From positions 1 to 64,000 of IMG/VR virus record IMGVR_UViG_3300038525_000015: a DNA stretch of 64,000 bases, one strand, 5' to 3'. A program made the position numbers and the translations under genes. The DNA is from a virus. Its lineage: Duplodnaviria; Caudoviricetes. The notes under the pieces were generated by a model. The model was not told the DNA's origin. It saw only the letters and a list, made by a program, of their open reading frames with translations, and did not search any database. This document shows positions 16,821 to 26,361 of this stretch, one piece after another; position 1 is the first letter of the stretch, and each line of letters starts with the position of its first letter.

Positions 16821-17195
16821 CTACCCCCTGACGACTCGCGTTTGCCCGCCCGAATTGAGGTACGGCGCCAGCAAGGCAAGCGCGAACGCCACGCCCTCCA
16901 GCACCTCGACGCTTCCCTGCGCATAGGTCGTGCTCTTGGAGACAGCGCCGTCCACCTGCTTGGTTTCTGACAGTACTTCGCGTCCCTTCGAGGCATACAG
17001 CTTCCCTGCTGCCGCCTCTCGCGCCACCTCAGCGCCAGCCTGCACAACGGCGTCCGGCACCTGGTCGAACGCGGGCAGCCGCTTGCCCATCAACCAGGTG
17101 TTGGCCATCAGCACCGCGCGGGCAGGGTCGCCCGTACCGGCCCATCCGGCGCCCAGCAGGTCGTCCACCTGCGCGATGGTGATGTACTCGGTCAT
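16821..17195 (-). CDS. Head-tail connector protein
   Basis: MTEYITIAQVD...AFALALLAPYL; position after the capsid gene. Confidence 0.6.
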   Translation of the reverse strand: MTEYITIAQVDDLLGAGWAGTGDPARAVLMANTWLMGKRLPAFDQVPDAVVQAGAEVAREAAAGKLYASKGREVLSETKQVDGAVSKSTTYAQGSVEVLEGVAFALALLAPYLNSGGQTRVVRG

Positions 17196-17524
17196 TACTC
17201 GGCGCCTTCCAGCAGTTGCTGCAGGGTTTCCAGGGTGGCGTCAGCCGGGACCTCGACGCCCTTCTCGGTCAGCTGAGCCTTGAGGGCTTCGATCTGCTCG
17301 GCCTTTTCCAGCAGGGCCTGCAGCTCGGGCTTCTTCGCCTTGGGATCGAACTCGATGCCCTTGGCGGTCAACGCATTGCGGATCTCGGCGATGCTCACCT
17401 TGCCGTCGCCGTTGGTGTCGGCAGCGTCGAGCCGCACATGCAGTTCGGGGTCGAAGTCCTCGGCGTTGATCAGAACAAAGTCACCTTGGCCCTCGCCCCA
17501 CGGCTTAACCTTGATGGTATTCAT
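17195..17524 (-). CDS. Capsid-adjacent protein with an EF-hand loop and two HeH/LEM-like repeats
   Basis: DTNGDGKVSIAE loop; LTAKGIEFDPKAKKPELQALL and LTEKGVEVPADATLETLQQLL repeats. Confidence 0.6.
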   Translation of the reverse strand: MNTIKVKPWGEGQGDFVLINAEDFDPELHVRLDAADTNGDGKVSIAEIRNALTAKGIEFDPKAKKPELQALLEKAEQIEALKAQLTEKGVEVPADATLETLQQLLEGAE

Positions 17525-17570
17525 GGAATTCTCCGGGTGATGCCGGGGCCGAAGCCCCGGCGGTTGCGGG

Positions 17571-18725
17571 TTAGCCCAGCAGCAGGGCGATGTGTTCCGG
17601 CTTCACGGCAGCGCAGCCCCAGGCCACGGCGATTTCGTACTGGATCTGGCGGTACTGCTTGTACAGCGAGACCTCGAACGACAGCCCGGACACCGGGTCG
17701 GTGATGATCATGCGGTCGGATGCGCTGTCGCCGCCGTCCGGCAGTGCCGGGGCGCGAGTGGCCAGGGCGATGGCCGAGCGGCTGAACGCCATGTTGCGGC
17801 TGGTCGCGGCAATCACGGTGATGGCCACGGCCGAGGCCGGCAGGGCTTGGCGCAGGCCGGGCGCAGCGATGGTGATGGTGCCGCCACCGGATACGTCAGC
17901 ATCGCCGGAGACCACAACGTACTTGTTCGGGTCGTTGGCGAAGGTGATCACATCGCCGGCCAGGATCGTGCCGGTGCCGGCCGAGGCCAGCGCGATGGTG
18001 GTCGCGCCGACCGCATAGCCGGCGGTGCCGGTGGTGGCGAGCGCGCCAGTGCCGGCGGCGTGGGTCTTGATCTGCGCGGACTCGCGGATAGCGAAGCCGT
18101 GCAGGTCGGTCAGCACGCCGCGACGCAGCAGGTCGTCGCCGCCAGCCTCGTTGACGCGGGTCAGGTTGGCCAGGGTGCGCAGATTGGCGCCGGCAGTGGT
18201 ATCGATCACCAGTTGCAGATCGCCCATCGGGGCGCCGTTGTCAGCGAGGATCTTGCGCGCCTGAGCGGAGTCGCCCAGGGTCGAGGCGAACGGCACGGTG
18301 CCAGCGGCGCCGGCGGCACGGGACGCCTTGAGGTGCAGGGCGGCCAGGTCGCCTTCGATCTCGTTGACCAGCGCGCGCATGGCCTGGGCGAACTGGTCGC
18401 GCAGGATGACGTTGTAGCTGGCACCGTTGTTGTCGAGGCTGCGCTTCTCTTCACCGTTCCAGCGCACCGGAACACGGCGAGCCTTGGTGATGGTCATGTC
18501 GACCTTGCCGATCACCTGGTTGCCGTCGTCCGGCGCGGTGACGGCCGGGGTGATATCGGTCGCAGCGGCGGCCGGAGCCACCGGAGAGGTGACGGTCTGG
18601 CCGACAGCGGCACGGTCGTAGGTCATGTCGCTGGAAACGGCCGGGATGAAGCCGACCAGTTCACGGGACACGACATCCATGGCGTTGTACAGGGTGGTGG
18701 TCAAGCCGGTGAGGGTGTTGCTCAT
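17571..18725 (-). CDS. Major capsid protein (P22 coat-like)
   Basis: 384 aa after the scaffold gene; VSRELVGFIPAV, GQTVTSPV, YRQIQYEIAVAWG. Confidence 0.85.
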   Translation of the reverse strand: MSNTLTGLTTTLYNAMDVVSRELVGFIPAVSSDMTYDRAAVGQTVTSPVAPAAAATDITPAVTAPDDGNQVIGKVDMTITKARRVPVRWNGEEKRSLDNNGASYNVILRDQFAQAMRALVNEIEGDLAALHLKASRAAGAAGTVPFASTLGDSAQARKILADNGAPMGDLQLVIDTTAGANLRTLANLTRVNEAGGDDLLRRGVLTDLHGFAIRESAQIKTHAAGTGALATTGTAGYAVGATTIALASAGTGTILAGDVITFANDPNKYVVVSGDADVSGGGTITIAAPGLRQALPASAVAITVIAATSRNMAFSRSAIALATRAPALPDGGDSASDRMIITDPVSGLSFEVSLYKQYRQIQYEIAVAWGCAAVKPEHIALLLG

Positions 18726-18739
18726 GGATTTCTCCTGAA

Positions 18740-19492
18740 TCAGTCAGTGACCGCGCCGCCGGAACGGATGTATTCCGCCTTGCCAACGGGGTCGAGCTGG
18801 TCGAAAGCGGCGCGATTGATGGTTTTCTTGCCCTTGGCGCCGCCGTTCGGTTGCGAGCCGCCGCCGTTCGCGGTTGCCGGCCACCAGTGGGGCGCCTTGT
18901 CTTTCATTTCCGCCATCCACTCCTTGAGGGTCAGCGGCTTGCCGTCCTTGCCGAACAGCCCTTCGGAGGCGACGGGATTGCCGTCCTCGTCGAGCTGGAA
19001 CAGGGACTGAGCCCGGAACAGCGCGTCCTCGACGGCGTGCTGGTGGATGCCGGCGGCGGACGCCTCGGCGCGGATGCTGTTTTCCAGGACGCGGCGAGTG
19101 AACTTCTCGGCGCGCTGCTCGGCAGCCTCGCGAGCCTGGCGCTCCTTGGCGGTTTCCTGCTCGAAGCCCTGTTTCATGCGCTCGGTGCGCTTGTTGAGCA
19201 CCTCGTCGATCTTCCCGGAGGCGATCAACTTGGCCTCTTCGTCGTCACTGAAGCGTTGCAGGATGGTGCGCACGGCGTTCGGGTCGATACCCTCGAACTC
19301 CTTGAGCTGGTCGCCTGCGGTCTTGACCTTGCCCAGCAACTCGGCGTTCTTGGCCTTGAGGCCCGTCACTGCCTGGTTTACCTGGGCGTCGATCAGCGCC
19401 TGAATCTCCGGGGTGATCTGCGGCCCTTGGCCACCGCCGCCCTCTGCGCCTTCGCCGGCTTCCTGCATGAACAGTTGCTTGAGTTTGAACAT
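18740..19492 (-). CDS. Capsid scaffolding protein
   Basis: Coiled coil with GLKAKNAELL; C-terminal APHWWPA...GGG...YIRSGGAVTD. Confidence 0.7.
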   Translation of the reverse strand: MFKLKQLFMQEAGEGAEGGGGQGPQITPEIQALIDAQVNQAVTGLKAKNAELLGKVKTAGDQLKEFEGIDPNAVRTILQRFSDDEEAKLIASGKIDEVLNKRTERMKQGFEQETAKERQAREAAEQRAEKFTRRVLENSIRAEASAAGIHQHAVEDALFRAQSLFQLDEDGNPVASEGLFGKDGKPLTLKEWMAEMKDKAPHWWPATANGGGSQPNGGAKGKKTINRAAFDQLDPVGKAEYIRSGGAVTD

Positions 19493-19687
19493 TGGTTGAT
19501 CCCCTTGGGACGATGGCGGCCTGGCCGCGTTGGTTGGGCGCCGGCTTTACCGGAGCCAGAAACGAAAAAGCCCCGGCAGGTGCCGAGGCTCTTGTGGGGT
19601 TGCGCCACGTTTTGCGCTGATCGCGTTTCGTGGCGCGAAAATGAAAAACCCGGCACGGGGCCAGGTCTGGATGTCAGGCGTTAGGGG

Positions 19688-19819
19688 TCACTCTTCCTCG
19701 TCGAACAACGGGTCGACCTCGTCTTCCCCATCGTCGAGCCAGTCATCACCCTCAGGCAACGTGCCGTCATCCAGCAGGTGTTCGTGTTCGGGCTCGAAAT
19801 CTTCGTCGCGCTCAGTCAT
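19688..19819 (-). CDS. 43-aa highly acidic protein (not in the ORF track)
   Basis: AAGGA RBS; MTERDEDFEPEHEHLLDDGTLPEGDDWLDDGEDEVDPLFDEEE, 22 D/E of 43 residues. Confidence 0.55.
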   Translation of the reverse strand: MTERDEDFEPEHEHLLDDGTLPEGDDWLDDGEDEVDPLFDEEE

Positions 19820-19880
19820 CGGCGTGTCCTTGGAGAGTCGTGAGCGCAAGGTTACCCGCGACCTGCGGATGCCGGCCAGC

Positions 19881-20135
19881 TCAGCACAGCACCACCCTCT
19901 CGCCCTTCATAAAGCACGACGCGCACAGGATCTGCTTCGTCCCACCGCTCGCCTTCCCGTTCTTGTAGAACATGCCGATCTTGGTCTCGATGACCTCGCG
20001 CGAGCCGCACCGGTAGCACTGAATCATGTGCGCCGGCTTGGGCATCGCTCGGACGCGCTTGCGGGCCTGCTCCAGAGGGGTATCCGGGGCATGTGTTCCT
20101 TGGATGACGTGCAGCTGGGGTTTCTGGTCGCTCAT
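19881..20135 (-). CDS. Small zinc-ribbon protein
   Basis: CYRCGS and CASC pairs; coupled to the MuF stop codon. Confidence 0.65.
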   Translation of the reverse strand: MSDQKPQLHVIQGTHAPDTPLEQARKRVRAMPKPAHMIQCYRCGSREVIETKIGMFYKNGKASGGTKQILCASCFMKGERVVLC

Positions 20136-21256
20136 GCTGCCAGCATACCAGCTCTCTCGAAAGCGGCAGCGTCTCGCTCGCGGAGTTCGTCGAGCGTGAG
20201 ATACCGGCCCTTGTCGTTGTAGAAGCGGTCGAGCTGCAAACCGCCCTCGCGGAACAGCTTGCCACGCTCCGGGCCGAGCACCTGATCCTGACGCTTGGCG
20301 CTCTGCTTCTTCAGCCACTGCGCATAGGTCGTGTCGGCCGGCACTTGGCCGTCCATGCTCGCCCTGGTGCCGGGATCGATCTCGTCAGGCGAAAGGCCCA
20401 ACTCCTGCCAGGCCTTGATGACCGGCGTGCTGGTGGATCGGCATTGCCAGTGGATACGGCCAGGCCCGGCACCCCAGGGCACCTGGTGGCCGACCGGCCG
20501 GTGATCGCCGGCGGTGTACTTCAGGCCGTCACGCAGTCGGCACGGCTCGCTGGTCCTGGAATCGAGCGTGCTGTGCCAGACCTCGCCGGCCATCAGATCC
20601 TCGTTGGCCAGGTAGAACGCATCCCGCGCAACGCCTGCCGTGTGGCTGATCGCCGTGCGCACCATCGCCTCAATTTCGAGCCTGCCGCGCTGCAGTTGAC
20701 CATCGGCGAAGCTCTCAGCCCGAATGCCCATGACGCGGCGCACGATCTGGTCGGTGGTCATTCCCTCGACAACGCCCATGCGGACAGCATCGCGGATGCG
20801 TGCGGCGCGCCCGGACTCCAGGTCTGACAGCCATTCCTTGAGCAGGCGCCCCTGGAATGGCCGGGACATTGCCGCCGCGCGGACCTGGCCGAGATTGGCG
20901 TTCGCCAGCGGCACAGCCACCAGCACAGGGCCGGGTAGCGTCGCCGTGAACAGCGCCTGCTGGTAGGCCAGCTCGTAGGCCGCCAACTCGCCCAGCGTCT
21001 CGGTGAACTGCTCGCCGATCTCGGCATAGATCGCCTTGTTCAGCTCGCGCACTGACTGCAGCACGGTGTTCATGTGCGTGACGGTGAAGCGATCAGTGCC
21101 CATGCGCTCGACAGCTTCGAAGAGCCGCTGCCGCAAGTCCGCATCGGCGCGGTTCAGCAGGGCGATGATCTTGCGGACCTCGCCATTGCTGTAATGCTGC
21201 AGGTCGATGGCGTGGGCGACAGCTGCGTCAGCCAGGCGCTCGTTTACGGTGGGCAT
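20132..21256 (-). CDS. Minor head protein, MuF / SPP1 gp7 family
   Basis: VRTAISH, WHSTLDSRTSEPC, IHWQCRS motifs. Confidence 0.88.
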   Translation of the reverse strand: MPTVNERLADAAVAHAIDLQHYSNGEVRKIIALLNRADADLRQRLFEAVERMGTDRFTVTHMNTVLQSVRELNKAIYAEIGEQFTETLGELAAYELAYQQALFTATLPGPVLVAVPLANANLGQVRAAAMSRPFQGRLLKEWLSDLESGRAARIRDAVRMGVVEGMTTDQIVRRVMGIRAESFADGQLQRGRLEIEAMVRTAISHTAGVARDAFYLANEDLMAGEVWHSTLDSRTSEPCRLRDGLKYTAGDHRPVGHQVPWGAGPGRIHWQCRSTSTPVIKAWQELGLSPDEIDPGTRASMDGQVPADTTYAQWLKKQSAKRQDQVLGPERGKLFREGGLQLDRFYNDKGRYLTLDELRERDAAAFERAGMLAA

Positions 21257-21258
21257 AA

Positions 21259-22029
21259 CTACTCCTGTGCGTAGACAGCTTCACCGCTCTTTATGCGGAG
21301 CACCACCCAGTGAACGCTCCTTCCCAGCGCGGCGGCCGCCTCGGTCTGGCTCGCGTAACGCTTACCATTGAAAATGACTGGCTTGACCAGCCCCGCCATT
21401 GTTCGCCTTTCGCGGCTTTCCTCAGTCCAGCCCTTGCCTTTCTTTGCTGCGGATATTCGCGCCTTCCGCTCATCAGACATCGGGCCGTACTTCCGGCCGG
21501 TAAGCTTTGCTGATCGCTTCGCGATCGCCTCAGGCGTTAGCTTCCTTCCGGTATTGGCCGCAATAAGCCTAGCGATAACTTCCGGCCCAACTGGGCGACC
21601 CTTTTTCGCCTCAGAGATTCGTCTGCGACTTTCCTCGGTGTGCCGAAATCCCTGCATCTGAGCGGAAATTTGCGCTCTTTGCTTGTCGCTCATCGGGGGG
21701 CGAACAGATCCCTTTGATGACCCGGCCATTGGCAGCATGTTATAACCGCGCATTCCGAATGCGCCGAGCGCATCAATATGATGTTGCTCCCTCGCTATAA
21801 GAGCCGACTCATCAGATACGCGCTCAATCACAACAAACTCAAAGGCGTCAGCGCCGTTTTTTGACCATGCGCGCTGAAGCTTTATGCTGTGGTGCTTTCC
21901 ACGCTCAAGCAGCCTCTTGTGCGCCATCAGGCGCCGTCTCATGTTGTCCGAGCTGCCAACGTACATCGACCCGCATTGTTTGCTCCGTATGGCGTAAATG
22001 CCAGCCTCAGATAGAATATTGCCAGCCAT
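21259..22029 (-). CDS. Free-standing GIY-YIG homing endonuclease with NUMOD3-like repeats
   Basis: GIYAIR...YVGSS N-terminus; HTEESRRRISEAKKG and MSDERKARISAAKKG repeats; AAGGAG RBS; lower GC. Confidence 0.85.
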   Translation of the reverse strand: MAGNILSEAGIYAIRSKQCGSMYVGSSDNMRRRLMAHKRLLERGKHHSIKLQRAWSKNGADAFEFVVIERVSDESALIAREQHHIDALGAFGMRGYNMLPMAGSSKGSVRPPMSDKQRAQISAQMQGFRHTEESRRRISEAKKGRPVGPEVIARLIAANTGRKLTPEAIAKRSAKLTGRKYGPMSDERKARISAAKKGKGWTEESRERRTMAGLVKPVIFNGKRYASQTEAAAALGRSVHWVVLRIKSGEAVYAQE

Positions 22030-22099
22030 TACCATGACTCCTTGCAGTCTGGTTGTGGTTAGGGTCTGCCGGCGCTGATAACACCGGCAGACCCGAACA

Positions 22100-23476
22100 T
22101 TATAGCGAGCCAAGCTGCGGCCCTTGCCGCTCAATCTCTTCTGCTTCTTCGTCCCAGTTGAATTCGTCTGATACCACTCCGCGCCGCTGCATTTCGCTAA
22201 ATAGCGTTCTCTTTGACAGGTATCCCGAATCACACATGCCCTTCAGAATTGGCAGTGATTGCTCGGGCATATAATCCATATCGAAGTTGCCGCGCACCTC
22301 AACCGATCCGCCATCTGCGATGCCTCGGTAATCGGCCATGAACTGCAGCAGTTGCGCCAGCGCATCGGCGAACTGACCAGCCATGCGAGCCAGCGGGGAC
22401 AGCTCTTGTGCTGCCTCTTCCTCGGCCTGGGTCGCGGTCTTGGCCTGCTGCTTGTCCTTCTGGAGCAGCATCGCGCGGGCCATGCGCATCTCGGCGAGCA
22501 GGTCTTGCAGCGCCTGCCGGCCAGCCTCGACCGCCGCGCCGGTGTGCTCGACGAACTTCATGTCGCCGCCCTGGGGCAGGTCCGTCAGCGTTCCGGCGCC
22601 GACCTTGAACTCATTGGGCAGCGGCTGGCCATTCGGGTCATAGCGCTGCTCCATCCCGATGCGCACCAAGATCGGCACGCGGATGGTGTGCAGGATGTTG
22701 TCCTGGTCGCTCTGGCTCTGCCAGTGCTTGACGTTGAGGTGGGCCAGCTCGATCAGCGGAGGCCGGGCCGTCATGAAGCCAGTGCGACCGGTGTAGAACG
22801 TCACCAGAGGGATGCGGGACAGGCTGGTGGCGCCTTCCTCGTGCATGTGCCACTTGCCGTCCTGGTCCTGGCGGTAGACCTTCCAGCTTCCCGGCTCCAG
22901 TACGCGGACCTGATCCACGGTCGCAACGCCGAACTCGCCATCGGCCTCCTCGACCGCTTCCAGATAGCGGAACTGCGTCAGCTGGCCGCCCTCGCTACGC
23001 CAGCCCAGCACCTGCTCGGGCTTGATCAGCACGGCATAAGGGCGCAGGCCAGCGGCAATCTCGTCGGCACGGGTGCGAACGCCCTCGGCTCGCGGGTACT
23101 CGACCAGGGCGTGGCAGATGCCGTGCGAGAGCCCAGTCCTGAACCAGTCCACCGCCCAGGCGTTCAGGTCATTGCCGGCGCGGTCCACGTCGAGGCACCA
23201 CTGCGCAATTTCTTCCGGTACATCGTCACCGATCTGCAGCGGCTCGGCGAACACGCGGTCGGCCATGTTGCTGACCGTCTCGCTGTAGGCCGGCAGCAGC
23301 GTGGACTGAGCCAGGCGCTGCTTGTAAACGTCGGCCTCTTCGCCCGGGTACTGCGGCAGCAGGGCCTTGCCAGCGGCGCGCATGGCCTTTGTGCCGCCCA
23401 TCAGCGGCGCAACCACCGCCCAGTCGGCGCGCATTGCGTCCACGGCCGGGAGAGTGATGCTCGGGTTGTCGCTCAT
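22100..23476 (-). CDS. Portal protein
   Basis: 458 aa after TerL; IPLVTFY, PPLIELAHLNVKHWQSQSDQ. Confidence 0.88.
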   Translation of the reverse strand: MSDNPSITLPAVDAMRADWAVVAPLMGGTKAMRAAGKALLPQYPGEEADVYKQRLAQSTLLPAYSETVSNMADRVFAEPLQIGDDVPEEIAQWCLDVDRAGNDLNAWAVDWFRTGLSHGICHALVEYPRAEGVRTRADEIAAGLRPYAVLIKPEQVLGWRSEGGQLTQFRYLEAVEEADGEFGVATVDQVRVLEPGSWKVYRQDQDGKWHMHEEGATSLSRIPLVTFYTGRTGFMTARPPLIELAHLNVKHWQSQSDQDNILHTIRVPILVRIGMEQRYDPNGQPLPNEFKVGAGTLTDLPQGGDMKFVEHTGAAVEAGRQALQDLLAEMRMARAMLLQKDKQQAKTATQAEEEAAQELSPLARMAGQFADALAQLLQFMADYRGIADGGSVEVRGNFDMDYMPEQSLPILKGMCDSGYLSKRTLFSEMQRRGVVSDEFNWDEEAEEIERQGPQLGSL

Positions 23477-23480
23477 GGGG

Positions 23481-24755
23481 TTACATCCGTAGGGGTTGGG
23501 TCGTGGTGACGGGCCGGCTGATCGGATACAGGAACGCCAGTGGGTAGCCGGCCGCGTCGTTCAGGTGGTCGTGGCCACTTTTCTTGTCCGGCATTCCGTT
23601 CTTGTCGTATGCCTGCTGCTCGAGCCCGTCAGTGAGGTGCGGGCAGCGAAGGGTGTTCACCTTTAGGCGCCGTACCCCATCCCCGTTCATGATCAGGGCA
23701 TTGACCGCGTTGACCCGATCCGCAATGGCCGGGTTGGTGCTGTTCACGCGGATCGCGAAGCCGGCCTGCTTGAGAATGCTCAGGTCCGACTCGCTCGCGT
23801 TCTTGCTGCTGGAGTTCTGGCCGCTGGCGTCCGGGAAAATCTGGATCGGGTGACCCTTGCCGGCGTACCGCTCGCGGATCAGCTTCGCCATGTAGGGCGT
23901 GTCGCGACCGTCGGTGATTTCGGCTACCGCCACAGGCCAGCCTTCACGCATCACGTACACCACCGCACTCATCTTGAGGCGGTTGAAGTCCATGCCAATC
24001 AGCAGTGGTTCGCGCTCGCGCTCAACCTCATCGCTATGGTTCAGCTTCCGGCAGAAGTCGGGGTAAACGCTGCCGCTGTTGAGGTTGGTGAAGCGGCCCT
24101 CGATGTAGGCGCTGATAAGCCCGGCCGGGTAGCTGTCCCGCAAGCTCTGGACATAGTCATCCGGCAGGAACGGGTTGGTGTACGTCGCCGCCTGAACCAT
24201 CACATAGCCAGGCTTGGGGTTGCGGCCCCAGGTGTCGTAGACGAATCGATAGCCTTCCGGCGTGGTGTACGCGGACACCCGGTTGAACGGCTCAGCAACG
24301 CCGGCTGGCTTCTGCCGGTTACGGGCAATGATCTTTCGCCAGACTGCTGCGGCCTGGTCCTTCTTGAGCGTGTCGATCTCGTCGATGTGCGCCCGGTAGG
24401 ACTCGTAACCGACGATGCGCTCGGGGTTCTCCAGGGTGCGCAGGATGAAGTCCCCGCACTGGCTGGAGCTGGTGTAGATCGCCTTGTCCTGCTGGTGGAA
24501 TTTGCAGCGGATGCCCAGATCGGTGAGCTTCTCCAGCATCCGCGGCACAAGGATCGTCTTGACCAGGTCGTAGGTCGGCTCGTAGAGCGCGATCAGCGCC
24601 GAGGACGACTCCAGGGCATCGCGGACCGCACAGTTGGCCAGCGTCTCGGTCTTGCCGGTGCCGAAGCCGCCCACAAACGCCGGGTATTTGTCGCGCAGCT
24701 GGAAGAACCTAGCCTGGGGCTCCGTCATTTGGAGCCGAAGCACTCGCCCTTCCAC
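23481..24755 (-). CDS. terL: Terminase large subunit
   Basis: Walker A GGFGTGKT, Walker B HIDEID, nuclease IGMDFN and DHLNDAAGY. Confidence 0.93.
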   Translation of the reverse strand: MEGRVLRLQMTEPQARFFQLRDKYPAFVGGFGTGKTETLANCAVRDALESSSALIALYEPTYDLVKTILVPRMLEKLTDLGIRCKFHQQDKAIYTSSSQCGDFILRTLENPERIVGYESYRAHIDEIDTLKKDQAAAVWRKIIARNRQKPAGVAEPFNRVSAYTTPEGYRFVYDTWGRNPKPGYVMVQAATYTNPFLPDDYVQSLRDSYPAGLISAYIEGRFTNLNSGSVYPDFCRKLNHSDEVEREREPLLIGMDFNRLKMSAVVYVMREGWPVAVAEITDGRDTPYMAKLIRERYAGKGHPIQIFPDASGQNSSSKNASESDLSILKQAGFAIRVNSTNPAIADRVNAVNALIMNGDGVRRLKVNTLRCPHLTDGLEQQAYDKNGMPDKKSGHDHLNDAAGYPLAFLYPISRPVTTTQPLRM

Positions 24756-25248
24756 CTACCACCTCGATCTCGATCTTGGCCACAGGCTGTTCCTGTGGCG
24801 GATTGTTCTTCAGCAGCTCGGCGCGGGTGCGCTCCAGGCTTTCGATGCGCGCGGTCAGGCGGTCAATGACGCTGTTGTAGTCCCGGACCTTACTGTTGCG
24901 CGTGATCTTCTCGACGCCTTCGAGGGGCTTGCCTTCTACCTCAACTGGCTCGACCTTCTCGCTTTCCAGCTCCAGCGTGTTGCCGAACTCGTTTTCACGA
25001 GCCAGGGCACGCATCAGGCGGATGCGGGTCAGGCGCAGCTCCTCATCGACGGCGCCGAGCTCCAGCGTGTGCCAGATCTCGCGCTCTTCATCGGTGAGGT
25101 GGGCCGAGTAGATCCCGTGGGTTCGGGCGTTCTGGTTGCCCTGGTGCGTCTTGGTGGCGTTGCCGCCGTGCATGCGGCAGCGACCATTGGGCATTGCCTT
25201 CGCCTGGCAAGGATGGCCGCTGCGGGTTCTGGCTCCGCAGGTGGCCAT
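24709..25248 (-). CDS. terS: Terminase small subunit
   Basis: CGARTRSG..C...GRCRMHGG N-terminus; GNQNARTHGIY; overlaps TerL. Confidence 0.75.
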   Translation of the reverse strand: MATCGARTRSGHPCQAKAMPNGRCRMHGGNATKTHQGNQNARTHGIYSAHLTDEEREIWHTLELGAVDEELRLTRIRLMRALARENEFGNTLELESEKVEPVEVEGKPLEGVEKITRNSKVRDYNSVIDRLTARIESLERTRAELLKNNPPQEQPVAKIEIEVVGGRASASAPNDGAPG

Positions 25249-25356
25249 GGGTTACCTCGCAGGGGATTGCATGGGGTGTTTCGCTTTCGTAGGGGTTGTC
25301 TTGTGCGCGATGGGGCGTGAGGCTCCCGAGGGGAACTACAACCAGGAGCCAACAAG

Positions 25357-25671
25357 ATGCAGCAGGAATTCCGCGACGCCACCGTCACGATTGAGACCAG
25401 CCGGCCTGAAGATGCTGTGCTTGGAGGGTTATCTGGCCACTTCACTCAGGCCGAGCCGAATGTGCAGCCCGGAAGCTACACAGTCACTAATAACCGGGCC
25501 GGCGTGCTTTGCATTGAAAGCGAAACCATCCCGGGCTACCTCAGCGCCTACGCAGTCACCGTGAAGGATGAAGGGACGGGCGAGACGATCCGCTACGAGG
25601 TGCTATTCCACAACGGCAGGCCGTACGTCAAGAACGGATGCACTTACTTCCAGGCGCGAGTCAGGCCCTAA
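25357..25671 (+). CDS. Hypothetical moron, antisense to the late operon
   Basis: GGAG RBS, 104 aa, normal codon use, converges on 25668-25886. Confidence 0.55.
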   Translation: MQQEFRDATVTIETSRPEDAVLGGLSGHFTQAEPNVQPGSYTVTNNRAGVLCIESETIPGYLSAYAVTVKDEGTGETIRYEVLFHNGRPYVKNGCTYFQARVRP

Positions 25672-25886
25672 CACCTCGCCGGCGAGTGGCTGCCCCGAAT
25701 CGCCATCATCCGCGCCGTCTCCTCGTGAAAATGCCCAGCCATGATGGCCACGATCAGCCCTTGGGGCACGCCAGCCTCCCGGGCCTGGTCGAGGGCTGCG
25801 ACCACCTGGGCGCCCAAGGCATCCAGCGCACCAGCAACCTCGGCGCTGACGGGCTTCTCGGAGTAGATGCGGCTGATATTGCTCAT
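25668..25886 (-). CDS. Hypothetical phage protein
   Basis: 72 aa in the late operon. Confidence 0.5.
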   Translation of the reverse strand: MSNISRIYSEKPVSAEVAGALDALGAQVVAALDQAREAGVPQGLIVAIMAGHFHEETARMMAIRGSHSPARC

Positions 25887-25904
25887 CAGTAATCTTCCCA
25901 GCCG

Positions 25905-26361
25905 TCACGCATCACAGCCCTTCCACATGATGCCGAACAGGCAGTGCCAGTTTCCGCAGCGGGTGCATGGCTGCCATCCCAGGATGCTCAGGATCCGGGC
26001 GCGCCCGCAGGTGACGAACACGATTGCTCCCATCAGCCAGATGCGCACCCTTACCTTGGAGGCAGATGCCATCACAGCTCCGCCTTGCGCTTTGCCTGCT
26101 CTATGGCGTCGCGCTTGCACTTGGCACACCAGATATGCGGGCGGCCCATCGCGCCACCACACTGCTTGCAGGTGAAACCCTTCGCGACGGTCACGGCCGG
26201 CCATCCTTTGGCACGCAGGCGTAGCGCATGCTGGTCACCATCGAGTCGAGCTGCTTGGCTTCACGCCCCGCCGTCTCGCAAGCTGCCTGGGTGCCGAACT
26301 CCTGCATAGCAATGCTCCCGCCGTGCGATCCAGTTAGCACCAGTATCAGTATCCAAGTCAT
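25905..26361 (-). CDS. Three translationally coupled small ORFs (26191-26361, 26072-26194, 25905-26072)
   Basis: Overlapping stop/start junctions; 56 aa with N-terminal hydrophobic stretch, 40 aa CxxC..CxxC, 55 aa with CxxC. Confidence 0.45.

Noticed and set aside
17592-19010. Long antisense ORFs (also 22259-23509, 41267-42730, 52570-53967, 58084-60273)
   Set aside because: They mirror well-supported genes on the other strand, as expected in high-GC coding DNA; no RBS or motifs.
21259-22099. Group I intron around the GIY-YIG endonuclease
   Set aside because: Portal and MuF are each complete ORFs, and the 70-nt gap has no room for an intron core.
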